Below, piece after piece: positions 8,901 to 23,900 of a stretch of 55,760 bases of DNA. The translations under genes were made by a program, and so were the position numbers. This stretch comes from Verrucomicrobiota bacterium (lineage in GTDB: Bacteria; Verrucomicrobiota; Verrucomicrobiia; Verrucomicrobiales; V1-33), in contig JANOZA010000855.1 of the NCBI GenBank assembly GCA_031429155.1, forward strand, positions 1 through 55,760, in the 5' to 3' direction. Position 1 is the stretch's first letter. Each line of letters starts with the position of its first letter. The notes under the pieces are model-generated. The model was not told the DNA's origin and searched no databases. It saw only the letters and a list, made by a program, of their open reading frames with translations.

Positions 8901-11900
8901 GCGAATGTGAACATCGCCATGCCGGGCGGGCCTTATCTGCGCGTGGATACCGTCGGGACAGTGCTTTCGATCCTGAACAGCGACCTGACGGGCAATTTCT
9001 CCTACGAGCAGAAGACGACCGGCGACGGCGATGAAGTGGTGAGCGTGGCGGTGACGAATGCCAGCATGAGTCTGAAGCAGGGCGGGACGAATTTAATGAC
9101 GCTGACCGGCGGCGCGGGATATTTCATCTTCTCGGACGGCGGCATGGCTGGCACGGCCAGCGGCACGATCACGGAGTCGCTCGGCTTCCTCACGATGAGC
9201 GGCACGCTGTCGCTGGCGATCAACAACACGGATGCGGCGGTGAATGAAAGCTACACGCTCAATGGCATCACGCAGACTGTGAATGTACCGGCGGGGCCGT
9301 ATCTGAAATTCACAGGGGACAACATCGCGCTGACGATGACCGTGGGCGGCGGGATCGGCAGCATCACCGTGACGGGCGACTTTGGCTTTGAGCAGAAGTC
9401 CACGACTACGCTTGGCGTGACGACACTGGACTATATAAAGATCGGCGCGACGGATGTGGATGTGGACATCACGGCGGTGGGGATCAGGTTGGAAGCGCGC
9501 GATGGCGAAGGCGGCTTTGTTTTGAAGACGAGCGGCTTCGCTGGCGAGGCCACGCTGGGCAGCCTGGCGCTGGAAGATGCGGTATCTGGGCTGGCTCCGA
9601 CTTTCATGTCCATCGTGGCGACGGACATGGTCTTCCGCATTAACACGACCGGCGGGGTGGTGAATGAAACGGTCAGCGTTTCTTCCACGGAGGATGTGGT
9701 CCTCGACTTCACCGACGACTACTACTGGAACTACGTCGGAGTAGGCGGCGCGGTGGCAGTGACGCTGTCGAGCTTTGCGGACTTCAGCGGGAATCTGAAC
9801 TTTGAACTGTTTGACGTGGCGACCGTTGATACGATCCGTATCGCGGCGTCGGACGTGAGCATGGCCTTCACCATCGCAGGGGGCGATCCGCTGGTGAGCT
9901 TCTTCAATGGCGAGGGCGGTTTCGTCATCAAGAACACGGGCATCGCCGGTACGGCCAGCCTCCAGTTCCAGACTGGCTATGTGAATGTCAGCGGCACGAT
10001 CCTGCTGGAACTCAACACCACGGCGGCAGCGGCGAACTACACTTGGACCCCGCCCACCGGCCCGGCGATCAGCTTCAACCTGACGACGCCAAACTACCTG
10101 CGCATTTGCGTGAATGGCACCGTCGGCGTGGGCACGATCAGCATCCCGGTGAACTTCACGATTGAGCAGGTCGGCACGGATGTCGTCTTTAAGACCAAAG
10201 GCGGTGTGCCCCAGGTGATCTTCACGCTCGACTCCACCGGCACTTTCATCCCCGGCGCTTACTGGACGGGCTTGGGTCTCGGCGTGGACTTCGATTTCGC
10301 CAATCCGAGCCCGGAGGAAATCCTGACCTTCCTCCAGCGCCTCGGGAACTGGTTCAACCTGCTCGGCGGCAGCGACCTCTTTGATGTGGTCATTCCGTTC
10401 TCCGGCGGCACGACGCTGGGCGAGGCCGTGGATTGGGTGACGGCCTTCGTGGATGTCTTCTACAGCAAGCTGGTGAGCACGGAAGTCGCGGTGCCGCTCC
10501 CGGGCGTGGTCGTTCCTGCGGCTGGCCCGGCCGCCTCGTTCACCATCACCCTGAGCAGCGACCCGACTCCTTACCTTGTCACCACCGCGGCCTATGTCGG
10601 CGGCCTCAACGGGCTCATTGCGGCAATCAACACAGCGATCATGGGCGTGGTCGGGCTCGCTGGCAGGATTGAAGCCCGGCCCAGCCGCGACGGCCTGCTC
10701 TCGCTGGCCCTGACAGAGTCGGAAATCGCCGCCGGCACGCTCAGCTTTGCGCTCACCGGAGGCAGCGGATCGCTCATCACCGCGGGTCTCCCGGCCACGA
10801 CGAACAGTCAGACGATCTCCCGCTACACGCTGGAGCAGTTCCCCCTCGAGCTGAGCACCCTCCTTGGCCTCGGAACGCCGATCACCTACGACCCGATGCA
10901 AAAGCTCTACATCTTCCCGGTGGAAGTGGAAGTCGCGGGTACGGCGTTTGATGTGGACTTTGATTTCGGCGAGGAGATCGGGCCGCTCGGCACGGCATCG
11001 CTTTCGGGCACCATGAATTTCGTGCCGAAGGTGACCTTCAAGTTCGGCCTCGGGCTCGACCTGAATCCCGCCGACATTCCGCGGGTTTTCAGCAGCCAGT
11101 ATATTCCGGTGCCGAGCAATGGCCGGATCACTTCCAGCCTGACGTTTAAGCTCCACCTGAACAACAGTTCGGTGCCGATCACCGTGTCGCTGGCGAAGTC
11201 GGCCACAAACACGAACACCTCGGTGGCGGATCTGGCGGCGGATTTGAATGCCGCGCTGACGGCGGCGGCGAACTACACGCCACCGGGCGGCGTGCCGACG
11301 GACCTGCTGCAGTTGGTGCGCTTTGATTCCGGTGGCACCGTGCTGGTGCTCTCCGGCGTGAACGAAGACTATGATCAGGACGGCAAACGCGACACTTCGG
11401 AAGACACCATCATCGTCAATGGCTACCTTGATGACGGCGAAGACGCGGACGGTGACGGCAACTTTGACGTGAATGAGCCTGACTGGGACAGCGACTCAGT
11501 GCTCGACAATCGCGTCGGCCAGGTGAACCAGATTCGAATCACCGTGGATCAATACAGCACCTTTGCCACGGAGCTGGGCTTCGGCGACATAATCGTGAAC
11601 ACGGCGACGGTGGATTATCCTTACGGCTCTTATGAGAGCATAGGCAATGCGCCGATGAAGGGCTTCTTCCTCGAAAATGTGGAAATGTCGGCCAGTCTCG
11701 ACATCAACACGCCCGCTCCTTACATCGAAGGCAATCTCGTTTTCGGATTCCTCGAAGTCCTCGTCTCCCACGGCGAGGTCTATACTGACAACCCCGCAAA
11801 CCCCGACGACGCCATGATGGCCACGGTCGGCATTCGCGATCCCACGACCGGCAATCAGCGCTTCTATATGCCGGCGTTGATGGATGTGCTCGGCGACCTG

Positions 11901-14900
11901 GGCACTTACGTTGACTTCTCCCTCACCGGCGGCATTTACGCGGGACTCAAGAACATCTCCGCAGAGGTCGGCGGCGTGAACATTCTCAACAGCGGTGAGA
12001 TCAGCGTGTGGATCCCGGACATCAACATCCTGACGCTGAACGAAAACGTCTATGACGTGAACAATGCGGCGGCGAATACCGGAACATTCCTCACCTACCC
12101 CGATGCGGGGCTCAAAGGCGGGTTCAGCTTTGAGCAGATCACTTTCAACGACATCCTGCACGGCCTGAATGCGGTGGTGGACAAGCTGAGCGAGTTCAGC
12201 GCCTTCTCCTTCCTCGACGAGAAGATTCCGTTCATTGATCTGAGCCTGAACGATCTCGTGGATTATGCGGTGCAGTTTGGCGACTTGGTGGATGCTCTGG
12301 CCAATGGCGATGCCAGCAACATTCAGGAGATGCTCGAAGTCCTGGAAGACAGCATCGAGAGCCTGTTCCACCTCGATCCCGATGACTTCTCCATCACCTA
12401 CGACACGAACTCGATCAACTACGGCAGCGGCGTATCGAGCGATGTGCTCACCCACAACGGCGGGCCTGGAGTCGGGGCATGGGTGACATTTGACCCCGGC
12501 GGCCTCAACAACGCCTTTACCGTCACCCGCGATGTGAACGGCGTGGCATGGAACAACAGCCTCCTGCGCATTGAAGGGTCCAGCACCGTCAGTGGTAATC
12601 TGGCGACGGCTTCATGGGATCCGGTGAGCAAGATCATCACCATCCTCATTGATCCCGGCAACACGACAGCCGGGGCCATCGTCTCGGCGATCAACTCGCA
12701 AATCGGCGGTGCCTGGACGGCGGTGAATTTCGCGGGCAACGATGGCACAGGCACGGTGCGGACCAACGCCCTCAAGTTCCACTGGGAGTGGTCCACAGGC
12801 GTTGCACAGGAAATCCCGCTGCATCTCGACATCGCGGAACTCCTCGAAGGCCTCGGCGGCGACAATCCCGGCGTGCAGGCATTCCTTTCCGCCGCGTCGT
12901 CCATCCTTCACGTCTCCGGCAGCGGACTGCTCAATGTCAGCGCCGGAGCCGAGGTGAATCTTGATTTTGGTCTCGACCTCACGGACCCGACAACGGTGGA
13001 GGCCTTCCTCTACGACACCACGGGCGTCACGCTGGAGGCGAAAGTGACCATCACGGACCTGGAATTTGATGCCGCCATCGGCGCGCTCGGCGTTTTTGTC
13101 CGCGGCGGTGAAGTGACCTTCGACTATGACGGGGAAGGGTCCAGCACCGAAAGCGCCCAGATCACGCTGGGTCTCAAGGACCGCGACGGCGATGGCCGTC
13201 ACTACTTTGATTCTTCGTTCCTCAGCCTCGATAACATTGGCGTCACGGCGCACGCTGGCATCTACGCGGAGCTGCCGCTGTTCGCGCCGGTGGATTCCCT
13301 TCCTGTTGGCCTCAGCACTCTGGATGGCAATGGCGACGGCTTTGCCGACAACTCGCTGGGCGTGAGCATTCCCGATCTCGTCCGCCTCCTGCTCGGCGAC
13401 ACCACCGCGCTCTACACCACGAATGCCGCTGAGCGGGCGGATATGATCTTCGCCGGGGCGAATAACGACATCCGTCTCGATGTCGCGAATGGCTCCGGCC
13501 TGAGCGACATCAAGATCACGTTCAGTGACACGGGCTCGCTTTCCGCAGATTACCTCGCTGGATCGAATGAGATCGTGTTCGGCATAGACAGCGGTGTGAC
13601 CACGGCAGCGCAATTGCTGGCCTTCATCGCAGTCCCCGGCATCACCAACAATCCGGGTGGTCTGACTTGGAGCCTCGCTGCCAGTGATGCTGGGAATACC
13701 GGCCTCGGCACGCTGGCCAAGATCACCATCGCCGCGCCGGACCTCAGCGAGCTTTTCGCGGACCTCGATCTTTGCACTATCATTGACAGCTCCGTCGGTC
13801 CGCTGCTCGATGGCCTCGACGAGACGCTCGGAGACATCCAGCAGGCGCTGGAGGAAACAGTGCTCAACACCAATCTGCCGCTCATCGGTGGCGGCCTCGC
13901 CGGCGCGGCTTCCTTCATCGAAGACTTCCGCAACGGCCTGCTCGGCGAACTCCGCGCCCGCATCAATGCCGCCAACGGCAGCGCCATCGGCGCACTGGAG
14001 GACGCTATTAAGGAGGGTATCTGGAATTCCCTCGGGCCCGATGGGCTGAACCTGCTCGTGAATTTCGATGACGGCACTGACTTTGCCGCCGACGCCACCT
14101 TCGATGACTTGGACGTGACGCTTTCCTGCGACGACGGCCTCGTGGTGAATCTCCGGCTCAAGAAGTTCCTCGCCTTCCTCGACACCTCGGCGAACCCCAT
14201 TGATTTCGAGATCGGCGTGCCGGGCTTTGGCCTGGAAGTGGACGGCAACGTCGTGCTCGGCATCGGCTTCGATCTGCGCCTCGTCTTCGGCTTCAACAAG
14301 ACCGACGGCTTCTACCTCGGCACCGAAGGCGGCATGGAAGACCCAGAACTGGTGCTCGAATTCAGCGCCACCATTCCTGGTCTGCATGCTGGCGGCAGTA
14401 TATTCTTCCTCCAGCTCGACGTGATGGATGATCCCGATGCGCCGAGCCATTTCACCGGCGGCTTCTATGTGGACCTGATGGACCCGAACGGGGACGGGAA
14501 GCTGACGTTCGCCGAACTAAGCTCGGCAAACTTTGAGGACATCATCCACGGCGAACTCTCCGCAGAGGCTGATCTGAATCTCGACATCGCGGCCAGCTTC
14601 GGCGGCAATGCCAATTTCCCGCGCCTGCTGGCGGATTTCCATCTCGGCTGGGAATGGTCGTTGAGCGAAGGTTCCAGTGATCCGGTCATTGAGTTCAACA
14701 ACCTGCGTCTCGACCTCGGCACTTTCATTTCCGACGTGCTCGGCCCGATCCTCGAAGAGGTGCAAAAGATCACGCAGCCGCTCCAGCCGATCATTGATAT
14801 CGCGACCTTCAGGCTGCCGATCTTCAGCGAACTTGCGGGCAAGGACATTACCTTGCTCGACATCGCGCAAGGCTTTGGCTATCTTGATCCCGAGACGCGG

Positions 14901-17900
14901 AAGTTCATCGAGGACGTGATCGCCGTCGTGGAACTCATCAACAGCATCCCGACCGGCAGCGGCAGCATCTACATTCCGCTCGGTGCCTTCTCCATGCTCA
15001 CCAATGAGGACGGCGAGTATGACACCAACCCGCTGGGCAATCTGTCGGACATTGATCTGGATAGCGAACTCGCCAATCTCGGTAGCGAGTCCACGGCTAC
15101 CGGCACACAGATTTCGCAGACGACCGGCTTTGTGGACGGCGCGAATGCGATGGATGGATTCAGCCTGCCCTGGCTGAAGAACCCCAGCGAAATATTCGGC
15201 CTGTTCACCGGCAAGCCGGTCCGCCTTGTGGAGTGGCAACTGCCTACCTTTGCGTTTGAGTTCACTTATACGCAAAAGCTGCCGATCTATCCGCCACTAT
15301 ACGCTCAGTTTGGCGGCACGGTCGGTGCTTATATCAACATCGGCGTCGGTTTCGACACTTACGGCATTCAGAAGTTCATCGAAAACGGAGCGAAAGACGT
15401 CGCTCAGATTTTCGAGGGCTTCTATATCGCCGACTACGATGCCGAGGGCAATGAGCGGGCGGAGTTGACGCTGAGAGGCGAAATCTTTGCGGGCGTCAGC
15501 CTCAGCATCGGGCCGGTGGAAGTCGGCGTGCAGGGCGGCCTGGGAGTTGAAGTCACCTTTGACCTCAACGACATCGAAAAAGACGGCCGCGTGCGCATCG
15601 GTGAACTCATCGCCCTCGCCGAGCAGGATCCGCGCTGCATTTTCGACATCCACGGACGCGTGTATCTTTTCCTCGAAGCCTTCCTCAAGGTGGACCTGCT
15701 GCTCTTCAAGATAGACAAGACATGGCGCTTCGGGGAGTTCACGCTGTTCGAGTTTGAGAGCGTCTGCCCCGTTCCGGTGCTGGCTAGCGTCACGGGCGGC
15801 GTGCTGACGATCCACGTCGGCCTGAATGCGGGCCTCCGCCTGGAAATTGACACCAACGACAACAGCGAGACCTTTGTCATCCAGCACGTCAGCGGCGCGC
15901 AGGGCACGGAGACGGTTTCTGTCCAGTGGGGCAACTACACGCAGACCTTCGGCCCAGGCAGTGCGGATCATCCGGAAGCTTTCGACTCCATCGTGGCGCA
16001 CCTCGGGGAAGGGAATGACTACCTTGATCTCGGCACTGCGGTGACCACGGCCACCATCACCGGCGGGGCGGGGAATGACACGATCCTGCTCGGTGTAGGC
16101 ATCACTTCCACGGCCAAAGGTGAGGACGGCGACGACATTATCACCGCCGGCTCGGATGATGTGCTGATCGCCACGGGCGTCATCATCGAAGGCGGCAACG
16201 GCGCGGACCTGCTCACCGGCGTGAAGACTGCCATCACCATCAAGGGCGACGGCGGCAGTGACAAGATTTACGGCACGCCGGGCAACGACACGCTCGAAGG
16301 CGGCGACGGTGCAGACCTCATTTATGCCTACGGCGGCGATGACATCATCAAAGGCGAGGCCGGCAATGACACGATCTATGCCGACAGCGGCGCCGACACG
16401 GTAGAGGGCGGCGACGGCAATGACCTCGTCGAGGGCGGATTGGGGAATAACCGGATCCACGGCGGCAGCGGCAGCGACCGACTCTATGGGGGCTCGGACC
16501 ATGACTTGATCGTTGGCGGCACGGGCGACGACGAAATGTATGGCTATGGCGGCGTGGACCTGCTGGTGGGCGATGACTTCAACTGGACCGCTTTCACCGC
16601 AGCGAACATGAACAGCCTGGTGCTGGCCGGCAGCGCGGGAGGGAGCTTCGCCCTCCAGGATATCACCGGCAGCGGGAATGACAAGATCATCGGCGGCGGC
16701 AGCTACGATGTGATCTTTGGCGGCGACGGCGATGACTACCTCTTCGGCGGCAATCTCTTCACCTCCGGGGTTTCCCAACCCATTGAGGAGGACGACAACG
16801 ACTTTATTGATGGCGGTCGCGGCGATGATGAAATCTTCGGCGACGACAGCCTCGGCAAGACCGGGGACCGCATCACCGGCATTTCCATTGAAGGCGTCGT
16901 CTTCCACGACCTCAATCTCACCAACCTTTACGATGGCGATCCGGACCTCGACGACAGCGACCGCGGGCTGGCGGGGGTGATCGTGAAGCTTTATAAAGGC
17001 AGCGATGACTCGCTCTTCTCCGAGACCGTGACCGACAGCGCGGGCCGCTGGCAGTTGCTGGGCCTCGACCCTCTCAGCTATTATCTGAAATTCATCAGCC
17101 CGATTGGCTACACGGTGGTGACAATCAATGCCGGCTCGGCGCTGGGTCTGGATGACATCAACGAGCCGGGCGATGACAGCGATGTTTATCAGGAGAGCAT
17201 CACCCCGGCTGGCGCTGTCACCGCGAGGACGGCGGCCTTCGACCTCGGCTACGATGAAGCCGAGACGACCATAACTGCCGGCTACGCGGGCGATCCGACG
17301 CTGACCATTTACAACGAGGCCGTCTATGAGCGCAGCGAGGGCCAGACCAATTCCGCGACCTTTACGCTGACGCTCAGCGGCCCGTCCGGAGTCGCAATCA
17401 CGCTCGACTACCACACGCTGGATGGCGATGCGGGCATGGTCACGCCGGCCTACGAAAAGGCGCTGAACGCCGACAATGATTACGAGCCGATCATCGCCGG
17501 CATGGTGACTTTCCAGCCGGGCGAGATCAGCAAGACGATTACGGTCATCATCAACGGCGACTCGAAGTTTGAACTGCATGAGGGCTTCTTCCTCATCATC
17601 GAGCCGCAGGTGCCGTCACAGCTTTATACTTCGCCGACGAGCATCTCGACCAAGCAGACAATCATCAATGACGACGCCGCGCCGAGCATTACCATCACGG
17701 ACGTGACGATCAGCGAGCCGGCCACGGCGCTCGATCTGGCGGAGATGCGCTTCACGGTGCGGCTGTCGAACCAACACTGGGCGGGCCTCGTGAAGGTGGA
17801 CTACCTCACGACGGATGCCTCGGTGCTCGACGGCGATGCTGTAGGCCACTCGGCTACGGCTGGTGCGGCGAAGGACTACATCGCCCAGGGACCAACGACG

Positions 17901-20900
17901 CTGACTTTCGGTGCCGGCGAGGTGGAGAAGATCATCACCATACTGGTCAATCTCGACAACATTGATGAGTATGATGAGGCGTTCTACGTGAACCTCTTCA
18001 ATCCGGTCTTCTCCACCATCGGCGATGACCGCGGCTATGGCATCATCCTGGATACCGACGCCGCGCCGACGGTTTTGATCAAGCCATTCATCATGGATGC
18101 CGACCCCAGCGGTCAGAGCACGACGGTCTTTGAACTGCACACCGAGTCCACGATGGCGCTGTTTGATGTGATTATCACCGGGGCCACGGAAAAGACGATC
18201 ACGGTCAACTGGAGCACTGCTCGCGGCACCGCGGAACCGGGCTTTGGAATTGCGGTGGGCGACTACTTCGATCCCGCGACCAGCGACACCGCTGACGAAG
18301 CCGCCACCAGCGACACCACGCTCGTCTTCGCGCCGAATGGAATGCTGACGCAGACGAAGCAAATCAGCGTCGAGGTGCAGGGCGACACCCTTGATGAGGA
18401 CGTGGAAGAGCACTTCTACGTGAACCTACTCACCGCGGACGGGGCCACGATCACGCAAAACCACGGCGTCGTCCGCATTCTTGATGACGACGGCCCCGGC
18501 GGTTCCGGAGGGCCATACGATGTGCGATTCGCCCGCGCCAATTTCCAGGATTGGGAAACCGAGACGACCCATGACGGATTCCTCACACTGGTGCGCACCC
18601 CCGGCCCTGGCCAGGCCTACACCATTCTCACCGTCACCGGCGGCACGGCCACGAGCGGCGCGGACTATATCGCCACCACCAGCCAGCTCATCGTTTTCGC
18701 GGTCGGTGAATATGTGAAGCAGGTGCCAATCTCGATCATTGGCGACGAGATCAACGAGTATAACGAGACGATCACATTCAGCCTGCGCCGCCCGACCGGT
18801 GCTCCCTCCAATGGCGTGCCCTACGTGGCGACGATGACGATCCTGGATGACGACAATGTTAGCATCTATGTCCATGCCTCCATCACCAATCAGGTGGAAG
18901 GCACTGGCGGCCATGTGTTCCACGTTCACCTGGTGGACGCGGACAATCCGGTGATCGGCGATTACAAAACCACCGAGCAGAACATCACGTTCAACTATCG
19001 GACGCTGGCCATCACTGCGACCGCCGGCAGCGATTATGTGAGCATCCCGCTCACGGCCGGCTTGTTCAATTCTCCGGCCAACTCTTTCCTGTCCATCCCC
19101 GTGACGGACGTGGGTAATGCCACGCCGGAGTTCTCGGAGGTCTTCCGCGTGCTGGTGAGCAGCGTCGTGGGTGCGAGCGTTTACGTTCCGTATGCCGACG
19201 GTGTTATCCTCGACGACGACAAGGCGCTCATCGAAGGCTACATCTTCCAGGACGACAACGAGAACGGCTATTGGGACGATGTCACGGAGTCGGCCTTCGG
19301 GGACGTGAATGTGACGATCACGGATTCCGGCGGCGGTGTTTATCCGGTCACGACCACTCCGGCGGGCTATTACTCCGCGTCCATACTGCTCGGGGATCTC
19401 ACTTTCCGCGTGCTGGAGAATGACACCATCGAGGGCTGGGAAGTCACGACGGAGAATGACTCCCAATCCGCCGAGTTTGACGGCAGCGTGGGCCTCACGC
19501 CGCTGACGCCGGTGGGCTATCGCACCACGGAGGAGATCGAACTGCCGAACAGCGCAGACAGCGTGGGCCGGGGCGGCACGGATGACACGCTCTTCGGTGG
19601 CCCGGGCGATGACTACATTGATGGCGGCGCGGGCGATGATCACATCGTCGGCGGTCACTGGCAGACGGCCACGGATTCCGCGGCCCCGATCAATACCGGC
19701 ACCTACGACGCGACGATCATCGCCAACTACATCAAGAACGGCCCGCCTGTTGTGCCGCCGCTCGTGCCGACTGAAATCCAGGATCCGCAAACGGCGCCGA
19801 TCTGGACCGTGAATACTGCCATCGGGGCCGGCACGGGCCTGGTCAGCGGGAATATCTTCGTGGACACCAATGACTCCAGCCGCCACGACGAGGGGCTGTA
19901 TCTCTTTGAAGTCGTCGTCACGCTGCTCGACTGCGATTCCAATATCATTGATGTCCAGGCGACGAGCACGGGCTTCTATGAGTTCGATGGACTCTACGAG
20001 AACGATTACTACCTGGTGTTCAGCCTGCCCGCCGGTCAGCAGTTCGTGGCCCCTAATGTAGGCGCTGACGGCGATGACAGTGATGCGGAGTATGCCGGAG
20101 CCACCGCGGCGTATCATTTCAACGTGGGCCAGGCGCGGACGAATGTGGATGTTGGTCTGGAAGTAGCCGGCTCGGCCGCCGTCGCCAGCACTTCCAGTGT
20201 GGAATTTGACCAGCCGGAATATCATGTCGTGGAAAGCGCCGGAGTCGTCACCATCACCCTGATTCGTACCAATGCCTCCACTGCCGAGGCCGTCGTTTGG
20301 TTCGCCGAAGACGGCGCTGCGCTGGAGGGCTCGAACTACACTGGCGTGCAGGGCATCGTGATTTTCGGCATCGGCGAGACGCTGGCTACTTTTGAGATTC
20401 CCATCCTCGACTCCGGTCTCCCTTCCGCCTGCGATGTGAAGGACTTTCACCTCAGCGTGCGCCGCCCGACCGGCCAGCCGATCCGCGGCGGTGAAGCCGA
20501 TGTCTATATCCACGGCGAAGGCGGCATCCCGCTCACGGACGACGACACCATTCTCGGCGGCGAAGATTGGGACATCATCCTCGGCGACAGCGGCCACATC
20601 ACCTCCTACGTGGTCCAGGCTCAGTTTGTGAACCCTGTGACTGACATCGAAGACAACGCGGGCATGGGGCACGACACGATCTACGGCGACAACGGCCCTG
20701 ACTACATCAACAGTCAGCTCGGCAATGACCTTGTGGTCGGCGGCGAGGGCAATGATTACGTCTTCGCCGGCTACGGCGATGACCGCATCATCGTGGAACT
20801 CGACGACGACACCATTGATGGCGAGCATGGCACCGACACCATCGCCGGCGTCTCGAATCGCACCTTCATCACGCTGACCGGCGGCGCGGATCCGCAGGAA

Positions 20901-23900
20901 CTGCGCTTCGGCACCTCGGCGGTCTTCAATGTCGCGGACAGCGTCTTCACGCTCTACAAGATCGAAAAGGCGGAAGTCTTCGGCACCCCGGGCGACGATA
21001 CCATCACCATCAATACCTTCGCCGGCGAGGTCTTCGTCTTCGGCGATGACGGCAATGACGTTCTCCAGGTCCAGTCCGACGCTGCGACCATGACCGCCGC
21101 AGATGCCAGCGCGATCCAGAAGCTCATCTACCTGATCTTCTACGGCTTCAATGTGGAGGCCAATGTGACGCTCTCCACCGGCGCGGCCTATCACTTCGGT
21201 GAAATGGAAACCGTGAAGCTGACCGGCGGCCCATCCGCAAATGTTCTGGATGGCGGCGGCTGCAGCTTCGATCTCATCTTCGACGGTGCTGCGGGGAACG
21301 ACACGCTCATCGGAGGCGGCGGCGATGACACCTTCCTCTTCGACCTCGATCTCGTGAACGGCGCCGACACAGTGACTGGCAACGGCGGTCTTGATACCAT
21401 CAGCTTCGCGGGCAGCTCCAATACCGCCCACGCGGTCCTTGATCTCGGCAACATCGGCAGCAACCAGACGGTGCGCACCGGCTCCCTCCTCCTCAATCTC
21501 ACCGCTGAAGACATCGAAGGTGCCACCGGCGGAGACGGCAACGACAACCTCACCGGCAACAGCCTCGACAACATCCTCGACGGCGGGCTCGGCGGCGACG
21601 TGCTCACCGGACGCGCCGGCAGCGAGACCTATCGCTACGACCTCGACCTCGGCCTCGTGCAGGCCGATGAGATCGTGGAAAACGGCGCTGACGCTGGCCA
21701 CGACATTATTGACTTCTCCACCACCACCGGCGTGGCCGTCTCGCTGAACATGCAACTCACCGCGTTCCAGCCGGTGGGCGGCGGGCTCTCGCTCAAGATC
21801 ACCGGCACCGGCGTGGATGAAGTGATCGGCGGCTCGCTGGCGGACAATATCACTGGCAACAGCGGCAACAACACCCTGCGTGGCGGCCCGGGCGATGACA
21901 CGCTCTACGGTGCTCAGGGCGACGACTTCCTCGACGGCGGCGCAGGCACGGACTTGCTGGACGGCGGGGAAGACGGCGAGATCAACGGCGACAGCATCGC
22001 GGCCATCGCCAATTCCAACTTTACGCTCACGGACACCATGCTCCTGCGAAACGGCAGCGACGTGGATAACCTCTTCAATATCGAAACCGCCACCCTCACC
22101 GGCGGCGCGTCGAACAACGTCTTCACCCTCACCGGCTGGACCGGCAATGCGACCATCAATGGCAAAGGCGGCACGGACACCATCGTCTTCACCGCGGACG
22201 AAGACATGGACCTCGCTACCTCCGGCGGCACTGATGTGCTCAGCGTCGGCATCGCGCCCTTCACCTTCACCGCCTCCAATGTCGAGCGCTGGACCCTCAC
22301 CGGCGGTGTGAGTGCCAACAACATTGACGCCAGCCTCTACACCCGCGCCGGCGGCTTCCTCACTTTGTCAGGCAACGGCGGCGCGGATACGATCATTGGC
22401 AGTCAGAATGACGACCTCATCAACGGCGGCAGCGGCAACGACAATCTCACCGGGGGCAGCGGCAACGACACAATCCTCGGTGGCACCGGCACGGACCGCG
22501 TGATCGAAACGACCGACCTCACTATGTGGGTCGTGAATTCCGGCCTCGAAATCACCCGTGTCGCCACCGGCGTGGAGACCGACGATCACACATCCATCGA
22601 AATACTCGACCTCAGCGGCGGAGCCGGCCCGCAGACCTTTGTTTATACCGGCTCACTGGCCAGCGTCACCGGCATCAGCTTCGCCGGCGGTCCGGGCAGC
22701 GATGTTGTGGGAGCCATTTGGAACGGCAACATGACCGCCACCAACGCCCTGATGACGCTCGACGGCGCGCCGCCCATCAGCATCTCCAACATGGAAATCG
22801 TCGCGCTCCTCGACGGCGCAGGCGATCACCTGCTGGATGCCAGCCTCTTCACCGGTGTCGGCGGCGCGTTCCTCTCCGGCGGTGGTGGCAACGACGTGCT
22901 CAAAGGCACCGGCGTCGCAGACACGCTCATCGGCAATGCCGGCAACGACAGCCTCGAGGGCTTCGGCGGCAATGACTCGCTCAACGGCGGCGACGGCGAC
23001 GACACTTACCTCTTCAACACCTTCCTCGCCCTCGGCACCGACACTATCATTGACTCCGGCGGCACGGACAAACTGGACTTCTCCGCCAGCACCGTCACCA
23101 ACGTTGTGAACCTCACGCTCATCGCCAATCCGGTGCATGTGAACCTCACGCTCAACTGGGCCCTCGGCACGCTCATTGAGAATCTCACCGGCGGCAGCGC
23201 CGTGGACACCTTCACCGGCGATGCCAACGCCAACGTCCTCACCGGCAACGGCGGCAACGACAACCTCAGCGGCGGCCTCGGCAATGACACTTACGTCTTC
23301 GATGTGGATACCAACCAGGGTGCCGACATTCTGACGGACACCGGCGGCGTGGACACGCTCGACTTCTCTGCCACCAGCAGCGCGAAGAATCTCACGGTGA
23401 ACCTCAATCTCGGCGGCGTGCAGCAGACTGACGCCGCCACGCTCTTTCTCTCCATTACCAACGCGAGCAGCATGGAGAACGTGGTCGGCGGTGAAGGCAA
23501 CGACATCCTCACCGGCAATGCCGCGAACAACAATCTGACCGGCAATGGCGGCAACGACACCCTCACAGGCAACAACGGCAATGACACCCTCACTGGTGGG
23601 GCCGGCAACGACACTCTCCAGGGTAATGCAAACGACGACACCTACGTCTTCAACGCCGGTCTTGCTGGTCAGGGCTTGGACACCGTCAGCGACAGCGGCG
23701 GCACCGACACGCTCGACTTCTCTGCCACCTCCGGTCTCGGTATCACCTTCACGCTCGGTTCGACCGCCATTCAGACTGTCGCCCTCGCAGCCCCGACAAA
23801 CCTCCGGGTGCAGTTGAATTCGGCAGCGGCTTTTGAAAACGTCATCGGCGGCAGTGGCAATGACACGCTCACCGGCAACAACCTCGTCAACACCTTCACC

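Noticed and set aside
18426-21755. Very long antisense or alternate-frame ORFs inside the giant gene and its neighbour. Examples on the minus strand: 18426..21755 (1109 aa), 24881..28273 (1130 aa), 15297..17579 (760 aa), 9093..11156 (687 aa), 12612..14450 (612 aa), 22653..24431 (592 aa) and 7224..8861 (545 aa).
   Set aside because: These are shadow ORFs, which are typical of GC-rich DNA. Their translations are Arg/Gly/Ala/His/Asp-rich with no recognisable motifs. The plus-strand frames carry dense, repeated and well-known domain signatures (RTX, Calx-beta, LamG, HYR).
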